A DNA stretch of 64,000 nucleotides from Eledone cirrhosa (Eukaryota), in contig OZ024742.1 of NCBI GenBank assembly GCA_964016885.1, forward strand, positions 312,108,001-312,172,000. Reading direction: 5' to 3'. Every line of letters begins with the position of its first letter. Positions within the stretch are counted from its first letter, which is position 1. This document shows positions 15,258 to 31,308 of this stretch, piece after piece. The position numbers were made by a program, and so were the translations under genes. The notes under the pieces were generated by a model. It saw only the letters and a program-made list of their open reading frames with translations, was not told the DNA's origin and did not search any database.

Positions 15258-16297
15258 CATCATCATCATCGTTTAACGTCCATGTTCCACGCTTGCATGG
15301 GTATGGACGGGAGTTTTCTCACTTGAGGCAAGAGTGGTTGTCTTGCTCGCATAGGACTGTCTGGCGGGTTTTCTACAGCTGGATGCCCTTCCTAACACCA
15401 ACCACATTTACAGTGTGGGACTGGGAGCTTTTTACCGTGTTGCCTACACGGCCACATTACAGCGTGAACTGTGTGTTTTTTTGTCGTGACACCTACACGA
15501 TCTCATTTGTTTCGGCCTGGATGTTGTGGCACCAACATAACTTTACATTGAAAGGGGCGGTGTGGATGGGGTGGGGGTGGTGGGACGGGGTGTATTTTGT
15601 TAGAGATGCCTACTGACTGTAGTAGGTTTTACTTTGTATTTAGGTAAGGTGGGTCTTCTCTATTACTGAGTACCGCCAAAGATCTTGGAGAGGTGTAAGT
15701 GTGTGAGGTCGGAATTTATCAGGTCGTCCCCGGCTTTTCTGGGTCTGCCTACTCCGTGGCTACCGTCTATCTTTATTTCCCTGCACTTTTTTATACAGCT
15801 GTCATCTTTCATGCGCATCACGTGACCATACCAACGTAGCCTTCTCTCGAGTAAACAACATCTGATCCCTCTTATTTCTAATTTTTTCCTTAGTTCGTTT
15901 ATGCTTTGCCGTTCGCGTATATTACTATTACACATCCAGCGGAGCATGCAAGCTTCGTTCCTCTCTAGTCTGCGTATATCCTCTGCACACAATGCCCAGG
16001 TCTCACTGCCATGCAACATTGTTGTTCGTATGCAGGCATGATACAGCCTGCCTTTCATTTTTAGGGAGAACCCTTTAGCGGCTAATAGTGGTATAAGCTC
16101 TCTGAACTTTTTCCATCCAGTTCTGACTCTAGCTACTGTACTTTCAGAGCACCCTCCCCCACTGCTGATTTTGTCACCCAGGTAACGGAAGCTGTCCACT
16201 ATTTCTATAGAACCCTCTGCGCAATTGAAAGAGCTAGTATTCTGTGGGCACTTGCTGCTACTTATTGCACCAGAGCACCGGCCACATGTAAAATCTG
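15258..16297 (-). mobile_element. RTE LINE family A, 3' fragment
   Basis: Motifs [27 protein letters not shown]. 3'UTR and (TGA)n tail. Near-identical to 46401-48103. Confidence 0.92.
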
Positions 16298-16320
16298 ATG
16301 TGTTATGGTCCACTTGGTAT

Positions 16321-16728
16321 ATCATCATCATCATCATTTTACGTCCGCTTTTCCCTGCTTGCAAGGGTGGGACGGGTCTTATTCAGCACAGCATCTCTCC
16401 ACTCGTCACGGTCCCTCGTCATCTCCACCGTGAGCTTCAATGATCTGAGGTCTGTTCTCACCACCTCCGCCCATGTTTTCGTGGTCTACCTCTACCACGT
16501 CTTCCTTCAACTGGCATTTCCTGGCACTTCTTCACCCATCGGTCATCCTCCATGCGCATCACATGTCCATACCACTTCAGTCTCCTCTCCCGTACACTAC
16601 ATTCTATCCCTCTCAGACACAGTTTCTCTCTCAACACATTTATGCTGGGTCGTTCACGCACATTTACACTGCACATCCAACGGAGCATGCTTGCCTCATT
16701 TGTCTCCAGCTGTCGCATATCCCCTGCG
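16321..16728 (-). mobile_element. RTE LINE family B, 3' fragment
   Basis: [32 protein letters not shown]. After a frameshift the ORF ends ..[13 protein letters not shown] almost directly on the (TGA)n tail. Confidence 0.88.
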
Positions 16729-16746
16729 GATATGCGACGGCTGGAA

Positions 16747-17174
16747 AAAGAGAAAAGAGATGTATGTAAAGAAAAACATACATCTCTTTTCTCTTTGCAT
16801 ACATCTCTTCATCTTCTTCTTTTTATTTACATACATCTCTTCACCTTCTTCTTCTCATCTTCGTTTTCTTTCTATATAACTATCATAACAGTTTCACAAC
16901 CAAATCAACTTTTTAAAAGGAAGTTGCATTCTCAAAAGGTATGTCACTAATTATTTATAAAACAGCTTATGTATTGTATTTTGTCTGAGGAAGGCATAAC
17001 ATATTTTTAATATGATATCCCAGAAATATATATAACGAAATAAATATGGTTTTATAAATATAGTTTCCATTTGTTTAATATCGTAAACCTACTCCAGAAA
17101 CTGTCGAGTGCTTTTATATCAGTTATAAAATATTTACTCGTTGTAACCCAACAATCTTAAATAAAACTTTTGCA
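16747..17174 (+). mobile_element. probable Penelope-like pseudo-LTR remnant
   Basis: 5' fold-back hairpin, CTGAGGA..GAAACTGTC hammerhead-like half motifs, end in a TA array. Shares ACTCCAG..AAACTGT(C/A)GAGTGCTT with 18430-18700 on the opposite strand. Confidence 0.45.
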
Positions 17175-18429
<1,255 letters not shown>

Positions 18430-18697
18430 AGGAGGTGAGTTTTATTGTAGTACAATAAAGCAATGCAGATATCGGATAAGAAGCACTCTACAGTTTGTAG
18501 GACTGGAGTATACATAATATAAGATCAATATATATGTTGATTTAAAACTGCACTATCCACAAGTGTTTTTTAGCCTTCATATCATGTTCTCCTGTTTTAT
18601 CTGATGAAAACACAAATATTATTGCATGATGATGTTTGTTTTTGAAATGCGCATAATAAAATACATGGAACTCCTTTAACCATCTTTTGATCTTATA

Positions 18698-18728
<31 letters not shown>

Positions 18729-18729
<1 letters not shown>

Positions 18730-19569
18730 CATCATCATCATCATCATCAACGTTTAACGTCCGTGTTCCACGCTTGCATGGGTTTGGACGGGGGTAGTCC
18801 CACTTGAGGCAAGAGTGATTGTCTTGCTCGCATAGGACTGTCTGGCAGGTTTTCTACAGTTGGATGCCCTTCCTAACACCAACCACATTTACAGTGTGGG
18901 TCTGGGAGGTTTTTACCGTGTTGCCTACACGGCCACATTACAGCGTGGACTGTGTGTTTTTTTGTCGTGACACCTACACGATCTCATTTGTTTCGGCCTC
19001 GATGGCGCGGCACCAACATAACTTTACATAGAATGGGGTGGTGTGGATGGGGTGGGGCGGGGGGGGGGGGTATTTTGTTAGAGATGCCTACTGGCTGGAG
19101 TAGGTTTTACTATATATTTAGGTAAGGCGGGTCTTCTCTGTTACTGAGTACCGCCAAAGGTCTCGGTCCAGTGACATTGTCTTGGAGAGGTGTAAGTGTG
19201 TGATGTCGGAGTTTATCAGCTCGTCCCAGGTTTTTCTAGGTCTGCCTATTCCGTGACTACCGTCTATCTTTATTGCCCTGCACTTTGTTATACAGCTATC
19301 GACTTTCATGCGCATCACGTGTCCATACCAACGTAGCCTTCTCTCGAGTAAACAACATCTGATCCCTCTTATCTCTAATTTTTTCCTTAGTTCGTTTATG
19401 CTTTGCCGTTCACGTATATTACTGTTACACATCCAGCGGAGCATGCAAGCTTCGTTCCTCTCTAGTCTGCGTATATCCTCTGCACACAATGCCCAGGTCT
19501 CACTGCCATGCAGCATTGCTGTTCGTATGCAGGCATCGTACAACCTGCCTTTCATTTTTAGGGAGAACC
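18729..19569 (-). mobile_element. RTE LINE family A, 3' fragment
   Basis: [29 protein letters not shown], followed by 3'UTR and (TGA)n. Confidence 0.92.
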
Positions 19570-21462
<1,893 letters not shown>

Positions 21463-21795
21463 TCATCATCATTCATTTCATTTCATTTTACGTCCGCTTT
21501 TTCCCTGCTTGCAAGGGTGGGACGGGAACTGATTCTGGCTTGATTTCTACAGCTGGATGCCCTTCCTAACACTAACCTCATTTACAGTGAGTGCTGGGTG
21601 CTTTTTTGCCATGGCACCTCCACGACCACTTTGCAGTGGAATGATATGGACCCCAGTCCCTATCATCTCATTTCTACACCTGAGTTAACTGGAGCAATGT
21701 GAAATAAAGTGTCTTGCTCAAGGAAACAACACATCACCCGGTCTGAGAATTGAACTCACAACCTTTTGATTGCAAGGCCAATGCTCTAACCACTA
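21463..21795 (-). mobile_element. SINE-1 copy (head slightly truncated)
   Basis: Reverse-complement match to 9053-9395. Confidence 0.9.
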
Positions 21796-21869
21796 TATGT
21801 ATATATATATATATACATATATATGTATATATATATATATATACATATATATGTATATATATACACATA

Positions 21870-21912
<43 letters not shown>

Positions 21913-21983
21913 GTGTATATATATACATACATACATACATATATATATATATACACATATACAAATATATATATATATATATA

Positions 21984-22192
21984 TAACAAAGAAGATGTGG
22001 TAAGATACCAAGTGGACCATAACACATCAGAGTACTCGATAGAGTGGGTAATAGGAAAAGAGTCAGGACTCTGACGGCTGAGCTCCGGCTGTTTTGACAG
22101 CTAGATCTGAACGGATTGACAGTTTTGATCTGCTCAGATCTAGCTGTCAAAATGGCCAGAGCTCAGCCGTCGGGGTCCTGACTCTTTTCCTA
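21984..22192. mobile_element. unclassified element with a ~140-nt imperfect palindrome, inserted in a TA array
   Basis: TAGGAAAAGAGTCAGGAC...GTCCTGACTCTTTTCCTA fold-back at 22052-22192. Upstream part is shared with 14868-14925. Confidence 0.65.
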
Positions 22193-22220
22193 ATAAATAT
22201 ATATATGTATATATGTGTAT

Positions 22221-22281
<61 letters not shown>

Positions 22282-22283
22282 CA

Positions 22284-22866
22284 TGATGGCTGTCCCCTCG
22301 TTATCGAGTATGGCCATTGCACAAAGAAAAAAAAACATATATATTAATAATTAACAGTGCTGAGATCGAATGTGCCTTTTTAGCCCAGCCAATGATCTAA
22401 AATGTCTTGGACAGAGTTGGCAATGAAAACATTCACTAGCAAGAGCTGGTTGTGGTTGGACTTCATGAACTTTTGCATGTCATTTGAGCCCGCCTGCTGA
22501 TCTCCACGCTCTTCCACATGCTTGATAGGTATGATGAGCAGCATCTCCGACAGCAGCCTGGTAGTCAACCACTGGTCTGACTTTATGATTGTGAAGATGA
22601 CTTTCGAGTCCAGCTTTGCTGAGGCAGAGTCTTGCACAGATGCTCCATGTCAGCGCCATAGGAGGACCTTTGCTGTCTGGAAATGCAACAGCAATGCCTT
22701 TCCTGACATCCCTTTTTACTTTCTCATATGCGATTCGAGATGTTTCAAAAGCAACTTTCCCCCTCATGTACAGTCTTTCTCCATTTATTACGATCAGCAG
22801 CTATATTTTCCCATGTATCAGCAGAGATGTTAGCGTCTTTCAACGAATCCTTATGCCTCTTTTTTG
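22284..22866 (-). mobile_element. RTE (BovB-like) LINE 3' fragment with C-terminal zinc-finger repeats
   Basis: Encodes TWENIAADRNKWRKTVHEG..ICARLCLSKAGLESH..CGRAWRSAGGLK..CQLCPRHFRSLAGLK. Confidence 0.8.
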
Positions 22867-23759
22867 ATTTATATTTATATATTTATATACACATACATAT
22901 ACATACACACATATATATATATACACACACACTCACACATACATACACACACATATATATATATACATATACATACACACACACATATATATATACATAT
23001 ACATACACACACATGTATATATATACATACACACACGTATATATATACATATACATACACACTCATTATATATATATATATATATATATATCATATGGAC
23101 ATTTAAAGTTTGACAGACACACACACATATATATATATATGTGCGTGTGTTTATGTATGTATAAATATAACAGAGATGGGGTGTAGTGATATGAATATAA
23201 ACAAACAATAGACTACTTTATGAGACAAATATTTTTTCAGATACGAATGTGTTGAGGAAAGGTTGAACTGTCATATTTTGGTTACCACGCACTTGTGATT
23301 TTTCTGTAAAAATACTACTATGTGTGTGTGTATTTGTGAGAGTATGTGCTTATGTATCTGTGTGTGTGTTTGTAAGAGTATGTGCTTATGTATCTGTGTG
23401 TGTGTTTGTGAGAGTGTGTGCTTATGTATCTGTGTGAGAATATGTGCCTATGTATCTGTCTGTGTTTCTATGTATGTGTATCCGTGCATTGAAATGAAGA
23501 CTAATTACTTTCACAACCATTTCTTGATTCCAAGTTCTGTAATTCTCATCCAGTAGCTATTATTGCTGGCAATGGATCAAAGAGAATGTAATGTGTGAAG
23601 AAGAGAAGGTGAGGCCATTACTGTAAGCTCTACTCACCAACCACTAATATAAACTTCAATTTACAATTAAGATGTTTACAGATCATATGGAAAGGCAGAA
23701 ATTCCCAGCAGCACATCCACAACCACCAGTGAAAGCTGCTGAAATTAAGTACATATTTA

Positions 23760-24125
23760 CCGTATATGCTGGCATACAAGTCGACATTTAGAGCCTAAAA
23801 GTATCCCTCCAAAACCAGGGGTCGACTTGTCCACCGAATATAAAATGAGAACCTTTACCACTGAGGGGTAAACAGTGAAATTGCTTGCCTAACACTCATT
23901 GTACACCACTTACCATAACTCTAGCAGCTCACCACGATTATTTCCTACTGAATCTCATATTTGTTAAGTCTGTTTAACATAATATTTAAGAATGGGAAGC
24001 ACATCTAGGGCTGGCGAGATGGTACTTATTTTTTTTAGTGGGGCCATCTTATCCGGTGAATATAGGACTAAACCTGAATTACACCACAGAATTTTAGGGG
24101 TCAACCTATGCACCGGCATATACAG
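23760..24125. mobile_element. pogo/Tc2-like MITE
   Basis: Imperfect TIRs TA|CCGTATATGCTGGCATACAAGTCGAC ... GTCAACCTATGCACCGGCATATACAG|TA with a TA duplication. Confidence 0.7.
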
Positions 24126-24274
24126 TATACTTATGTTAGGTCTACTTCTTCACAGTTTGAAATAAGAAAGAAGAGAGAATACAGGCACCATGGAAGGAAA
24201 GAAGAATATTCTGGATGAAAGGTAACATTGGAATTTTGTAATAGAGAAATGTAACAAAATGGCTCTCAGTTTCG

Positions 24275-24564
24275 AAGACAAGTATTCCTGTTGATACAAT
24301 CAACAGAACAGCCTCCTCATGAAATTAACGTGCATTCCACAAACACGTGTACCTTTAATGTAGTTCTCAGGGTGATTCAGCATGACAGAGAGTGTGACAA
24401 GGCTGGTCCTTTGAATTACAGATACAACTCATTTTTGCCAGCTGAGTGGACTGGAGCAACATGAAACAAAGTATCTTGCTCAAGGACACAATGTGTCGCC
24501 AGGAATCGAACTCACAACCTTATGATTGTGAGCTGAATATCCTAACCACAAAGCCATGTGCCTT
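24275..24564 (-). mobile_element. tRNA-derived CORE-type SINE (third 3' type)
   Basis: Same head and CORE-like block as SINE-1, with a different 3' body (CTGAGAACTAC..GCACGTTAATTTC). Confidence 0.8.
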
Positions 24565-24582
24565 GTGTGTTTGTGTGTATGT

Positions 24583-24890
24583 AGAAGGCACATGGCTAAG
24601 TGATTATGGTGTTCAGCTCATGATCTTAACATTGTGAGTTCCAGTACTGGCAATGCATTGTATCCTTGAGCAAGACACTTTATTTCACATTGCTCCAGTC
24701 CAATCAGTTGGTAAAAATGAGTAGTACCTGTAATGCTCAGAGGGATTCAACATGACATACTATGTCATGTTGAATGTTTCTGAGAACTATGTTTAGGGTG
24801 CACATATCTGAATGTTCAACCATTTGCATATTAATTTAATGATCAGGCTGTCCTGTTGTCCATACAATTGGAAGACTCACCATCAGAACA
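24583..24890 (+). mobile_element. tRNA-derived CORE-type SINE (third 3' type), head-to-head with the previous copy
   Basis: GAAGGCACATGGCT..CCTTGAGCAAGACACTTT..CTGAGAACTATGTT. Confidence 0.75.
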
Positions 24891-25186
24891 GACAAAGGTT
24901 CAACATATAGATACAGAAATACAATAAAATCCCAATGGAGGGCCTTCTCCATTTAGGCAGAGCTATTCACAAGTGAGCTGAGAGAAAAGCTGGGTACAAG
25001 AGGAATTAAATGTAGCATGCAAGGGAGAGGTTTGCACTGTTATAGCCATGTAATTCATAAGATGAATGAGAGATGTAGGAAAAAAAGTACTGAGCACTTG
25101 AAATGTAGAAGAGGTAGAGTAAGGAAGACATGAGACAAAGTTGTGAAGGAGATGACAGGACCAAACTGAATGGCAATGCCCCTTAA

Positions 25187-25405
25187 CGCCTTTAGCATTC
25201 ATATTACTCTATATATACTATTGTTTTTTCACAGAAAAGTCTTTAACCCACATAATTATTTCACATAATATCGAATCTACAAGATTTTGATATTTATTTT
25301 AAGAACAATACCTTAACGTTAGTATGAGTGGCCAATTACGACCAGTTTGAACAGAAAGAGGTGCGAAGATTTTGGCTGGATACGGTCGGTTTAAATGCTA
25401 AAGGG
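25187..25405 (+). mobile_element. piggyBac-like MITE family B
   Basis: TTAA-flanked, CTTTAGCA/TGCTAAAGGG termini, matches 590-787. Confidence 0.75.
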
Positions 25406-26302
25406 TTAATGCAAAAGACTTGCTCACCAGTATAAGCTCTGAAACCCTAAAAGTAAATGATACAGTCCTAGTGCTGTTTTCTACTTTTCAAGATTGTCTT
25501 GTTAATCTAGTTTTAGGTAGGACAGGGAGGGTTACCAGATCAATTTCATGAAAATAGAACAAAATTTTCAAAAAGAAGCAGATTATGTTACAAAGTAGCT
25601 TAAAATCAAAATTTTTCTTGTATATATATATATATATATATATATAATGTGAGGATCCTAAACACAAATAAATCACTGTAATAACAGTTGATTGCTACAA
25701 ATAATAACTGAGAAAATCATGTAAAATACCCCTAGAGATGGAAAAAAAGTGGGCAGAGAGACCTATGGAGAATTGAATTCATTATCGCTTGAATACTGTG
25801 TGTGTATGTTACCTTTATGCTAAGGGGTCAATTTTAAGCTATGCGGTTGTGTCAAGGAAATGACAGCCTCCCAGCTGTTGATAATCTAGATGATAAATGG
25901 ACCCAGTACACACTGTAAAGTGGTTGGTGATAGGAAGGGCATCAAGCCATAGAAAGCTTGCCAACAAAGGGTTGGGAGTACCTTTCAGTTATGTCAAAGA
26001 CATGGTAACTTCTCCTGAGTACTCAATAGAATGTGAGGCCACATGTAAGTGAGATGTAAGATGCAGATGCCCCAGCCTGTTTGGGAGGTCAGTAGCCCAG
26101 CTTCATACCGACTTGGTCTACGAAGATCTGTCCAATCCTTACTAGCAGGGAAAGTGGATGATGATGAAGTCACAGCTATCTCAGTAGCTAGAGAGAATGC
26201 CGAACACATGCTTCTGGGTTTTTATCCGTCATCAGTGACATCTAATCACTCAGAACTGAGACAAGAATAAGCTAAAAGCTTATATGCTTTTTTTGCATGT
26301 GA

Positions 26303-26502
26303 AACATCAGCTGGTGATGTTCATTTGCATATAGTATGAATAAACCATCAATTGGAAATGCTCATTTCTATATGGTGCAAATAAACCATCAAATGGTGAT
26401 GCTCATTTGCGTATAATGTGAATAAGACATCAATTAAAGATGCTCATTTGCATATGGTGTAAATAAACCATCAATTGGAGATGCTCATTTGCATATGTTG
26501 TG
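26303..26502. repeat. ~41-bp tandem repeat, about 5 copies, containing octamer motifs
   Basis: Unit is approximately TAAACCATCAATTGGAGATGCTCATTTGCATATGGTGTAAA. Confidence 0.85.
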
Positions 26503-26798
26503 AACTTGACAGGCTAGGGGTTAATTAACAGTAGCACTAACAAAAAAAATCAAGTATAGAATTAAAGATTTGATAACATTTCATTCAGACAGTTAGTTGT
26601 ATAGGGGTGTTTGTCTAGAAATAAACAGTCCAATGAGTTCCTATGAAATAGCATGAATGGTCGAACATTTGTGTATTCATCATTATCGTTTAACATCTGT
26701 TTTCTACACTAGCATGGGTGAGACGGGTTGTCCTGTTTGAGGCAAGTTGGGTCAAGTGACCATGTCTTGCTCATACAGAACTGTGTATTACTATTTAT

Positions 26799-27023
26799 GA
26801 CGGTGGTGGATTGGCAGAATCGGTAGAGTGTTGGACAAAATGCTTTGCAACATAGAGTTATGGCCATTTACGTTCTGAGTTCAAATCCTGCCAAGGCTAG
26901 CTTTGCCTTTCATCCTTACGGAGTTGATAAAATAAAGCACCAGTAATGCACTGGGGTTGATTTAATCGACCTTCTCCCTCCCCTGAAATTGCTGGCCTTG
27001 TGCCTATAGTAAAAATCATTATT
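26799..27023 (+). mobile_element. tRNA-derived SINE with Meta-domain-like core
   Basis: TGGCAGAATCGGTAG A box, GAGTTCAAATCC B box, GCCTTTCATCCTT.CGG.GT.GATAAAATAAAG.ACCAG central block. Confidence 0.8.
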
Positions 27024-27849
27024 AGTATTTATTTTAGGAACAAAGTCGAAACAAAAATTGACCTTCACAGTATTTCACAGGAACAAAATTAATGATGTTC
27101 AGTACTCTACTTACTATTACACACTCACTGGCCATTCCTCAGCAAATACTTCAGTTTACAACATATAACATAACATTTTACATACAGTGCACACATTAAT
27201 GTTTATACACACAGAGACATGACTACTGACACACACACAGGTACACTCACACACACACATATCTATCTGTATATCTGGTTGCAAATGCACATACTCTTAC
27301 AAGTAGATCAGTCTCTGTCAGTATGCATCAGACTGGACATCAGGGAAATAATATAATAAAGCTAATTGTTAAAAAGAAAACATTGCTCTGCTGTTTAAGC
27401 TTTAGGAAATAAAAACAGCTCTTTCCAGCAGACTAATGAAAATATGAGGAATGCCTGTCAAACATAGTAGCTAAAGAGGAGTGGTATGAAGAGAGAGAGA
27501 GAGGTAGAGAGAGAAGGAGAGGAGGGGGTGAGTATAGATAGGTTAAGGAGGTGAGGAGAAATGGGCAAATATATTAGTTACTGGGCTTTTGTGTGTAGAA
27601 TGGTTATTGCACTTTGCTCGCAGCCCAGCATGAGTCATACATTGACTACAGAGTTAAGAAGGAGGTGGTGGAGCGACATGGTGGAAAGAGACTGCTTCTG
27701 CTGAGCCTGACCATTATTTGGTTCTAGAAGCTTCCTCCATTACCATTTTTCTCCAGCTGTGGGGGCTATGATTTCAGCCAATGAGACATGCACCAGGGCT
27801 ATTTTGTTAGTGTTGGTGATGAAATGTGGTGAAAATAAGAACATTGACA

Positions 27850-28260
27850 GTAAGGAAGGGAAAAGAAAACAGCGAGAGAAAATGAGAAAGTGGGAGAAAA
27901 AGAGAATGAAAGAGAGAAAGGAAGATGGTGAGAGAGACAAGGAGAGAAAGGAAGATGGTGAGAGAGACAAAGAGAGAAGGGAAGATGGGCAGAGAGAAAA
28001 AGAGAGAAGAGAAGATGGGCAAAGAAAAAGAGAGTAAGGGAGAGATGGGGAGAAAGTAAGGAAGAGAGAAAAGAGAATAAGAGAGAGATGGGGGAGATAT
28101 TAAGGAAGAGATCGGAAGATGGGGAGAGAGAAAAGGAAAATAAGAGAGAGATGGGAGATAGTAAGGGAGAGAAGGGAAGATGGGGAAAGAGTAAGGGAGA
28201 GAAGGCAAGATGGGTAAAAGAGAAAAAGAGTGAAGAAGGGAGAGAAAGAAAAAGAGAGAA
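27850..28260. repeat. GA-rich low-complexity minisatellite
   Basis: ~30-bp units such as GAGAGAAAGGAAGATGGTGAGAGAGACAA in a purine tract. Confidence 0.85.
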
Positions 28261-28910
28261 TGTTTGTATGATACTGGGAGGTAAATGTCACTTGACCTTT
28301 AAGAGTTATAACATTTCCTGAATATGTATAAACTGACCAGCTTGTACACAAAGCATAACAACAGTCACAACAGTAGAATCATTGGCATTAGATATTCTAT
28401 GCAACATCATGCAGCAGATATCTGTACTTATAGCAAGAATTCTTTATACTGAAGTGCCAAGGATTCAAAAGAGGAAAAATTAATTCTGTGAAGCCAAAAT
28501 GAATGAATGAATGTATGTATGGAAGAATAACCAAGAATCTCTTGCAGGACATATAATATTGGCTATAAGTGGAATGAATTCAATTGACAACTAGATGAAA
28601 CAACTACCACATTTACCAGACAATGATAAAGACTAAGTGGTGGATAGACTTGCTAGAAATAGTAGCCAAATCTATGCCACTAAGCATGGAGGGATTTTAC
28701 AAAGCTATACCCATTTTCACAAGAGAAGACATCTCTCACCCACCCCATAGTGGGTGGGAGATCTCCTCATCGGAGGGGAGAGTTGACAGATCTGTTAATA
28801 TTAAGAGACAAACTTTCTTACATGAAGCCAGCAGAGTTCTTTCATCCTGTTATTGAGCTACATTGCAATGTTTCATACTGAGCTATAAGTATGTAGTTAG
28901 GCACTTTTAA

Positions 28911-29092
28911 CCCTTTAGCATTTACATTACTCTTACATAATTATCTCCCATAATATCGAATCTGAAAGATGTTCATGTTATTTATTTTGAGAACAATACC
29001 TTAACGTGAGTATGAGTGGTTAGTTACAGCCAGTTTGAACAGAAAGAGGCGAGATAATTCTGTTGGATACGGCCAGTTTAAATGCTAATGGG
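28911..29092 (+). mobile_element. piggyBac-like MITE family B
   Basis: Ends are TTAA|CCCTTTAGCA ... TGCTAATGGG|TTAA. Confidence 0.75.
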
Positions 29093-29378
29093 TTAATGCT
29101 TGAAACAGCCACACACAGGTATATCCACCAAAGATACAACACAGACATACAAACAAAATTGTACCCAAGACACACACACATTCATCCACTCACACAATCA
29201 GTGAAAAATCATCAGAAATGCCAATTTGATCAATTTCTAATCAATCATAGAACATGATGATCACTATTATGTTAAGATTGATGTAATTAGTGACCAGGGA
29301 TAATATTATCATAATTATATGCACACAATAACAATATAACAATCTGGTGATTGTATAAAATGGCTAAAGAAAGACCAA

Positions 29379-29610
29379 TAATAATAGTAATTGTCTCTAC
29401 TTTAGGCACAAGGCCAGCAATTTTGGGGGAGGGGAAAGTCGATCAAATTGACTCCAGTGCATTACTGGCGCTTTATTTTATTGACTCCGTAAGGATGAAA
29501 GGCAAAACTGACCTTGGCTGGATTTGAAATCAGAACGTAAAGGGCCATAACTCTATGCTACGAAGCATGGTGTCCGATGCTCTACCAATACTGCCAATCC
29601 ACCACCTTAC
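29379..29610 (-). mobile_element. Meta-domain-like SINE (a partial second copy follows at 29620-29740)
   Basis: Reverse complement of 26799-27023, with direct repeat AAAGACCAA on both flanks. Confidence 0.8.
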
Positions 29611-31276
29611 AAAGACCAACAATTTTGGAGAAGGGGAAAGTTGATTAAATCAACCCCAGTGTATTACTGGTGCTTTATTTAATGGACCTCAGAAATATGA
29701 AAGTCAAAGTTGACCATGGTGGGATTTGAACTTGGAATATAAAAGGTGTAAGGAACAAAAACAGCAATTTTGTGGGATGAAGTGAGAATGAAAGCAGGGA
29801 GTCGGGGAGGGGAAGATGCAAGCAATACAATAAAATAGGAAAGCTTGTTATGGTGCCTGAATGGCTAACCCTTACTTTAGCAGGGAAAATGGCCTTAAAA
29901 TGATTGTTTTTGTTATATAGGATATGAGTTTTGATATTTTATAGTTTGGCAAGTAAATCACATCAGCACACTTTTTTATTTCAGTTTTCTCTCATCAGAT
30001 GCAGTAATTACAACTCGGATTATAGTTTTCAGTATGTGGTTGTGCATTGTGTTGTGTATGTGTAGTCGTATATGTATCTTTGTGTGGTTGTGCATTGCGT
30101 TGTGTATATGATTGTATGCGTTGTGTGCATGTAATCAAATGTGTGTGTGGTTTTGTGTTGTTATGGAGTGTGTGCACATGTGGCTGCATGTGATGCATAC
30201 ATTTTAACACATGAATGCATTCTATTTAATTGAGAACATTTTTGGATCAACCTATTGCTGCAAGTATGCTTGCATGTTGCAAGATTCGAGTACCTCTAGC
30301 TCTGACACTAGATAGAGATCATATGGGATGTATTTAAAATGTAACTATAGAAAGATTGTTCAACTAGTGAAACATGGATTGAACATGGATAGCTTTTGTG
30401 ATAATCAGGAAGGGATTAGTTAAATCTTGCCAGTTTAAATATGTAGCAAAATCACTATTGGGTTAAATTTGCTGTGTTTATGAAAATGTTGGCTGTCAGC
30501 ATTTTTATATCATATGCTATATTCCTCAATCCAGACTAAAATAACTGTGATGACATTGTCAAGAATAGTAATGATGTCATCTAAAGAAACTCAGACACCA
30601 GGAAAATTCTGTTTTCTTCTTTTTTGCCTAATGCAAACACACGATGGTCACTTTGGACTGCTACTTAAAGCCGGCCATTTTGGGCCAAACAAACACAGAC
30701 AGAATCTGTATAATTTCTTAACCTCTTTGCACACACATATTCAATCTATTTCAATTACAAATACAACCATGTCTACGCACATAAACACATACAAACAAAA
30801 TACTATTTTTTTTTTGTTGTTGTTTAGAATTATATTCCTGCAAACTCTGTAAAATGATATGTAATATGGTTTCTGTGTATTCCATAGATAAAATAAATAG
30901 GGATTTAGCTATTTGTCTTCTTGCTAGTCCTGAATTCTAATATTTAGAGAGATTGCTTTCCCCCAATTCAATCCCACATTAACATCTACAACACATTGAC
31001 CAACACACACTCACTAGTAACGCATCTGCTGAAGATATATTATAATATTAACTATTAAATATGAAGAGAAAATACACGACTAATCTGAGAAAACATTGGC
31101 TAATGAGTTCTTGAGACATGGTTATACTAACAAATATATACAATATGAATAGATGATGGATGGTGAATAACGTGAAGGTACAAATCAAGTGGTTTAATTC
31201 TTTCATTATCATATTTCTTGATGAGATACACTGCTTATATTTTCATTGCTTGCTCTCTCTCTCTATTATATATATA

Positions 31277-31308
<32 letters not shown>

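Noticed and set aside
16984-17112. Hammerhead from CTGAGGA...GAAACTGTC
   Set aside because: Helix I and helix II do not pair convincingly, so it is at most a decayed motif.
27759-28321. Charged E/R/K-rich ORFs
   Set aside because: Product of a GA-rich low-complexity repeat.
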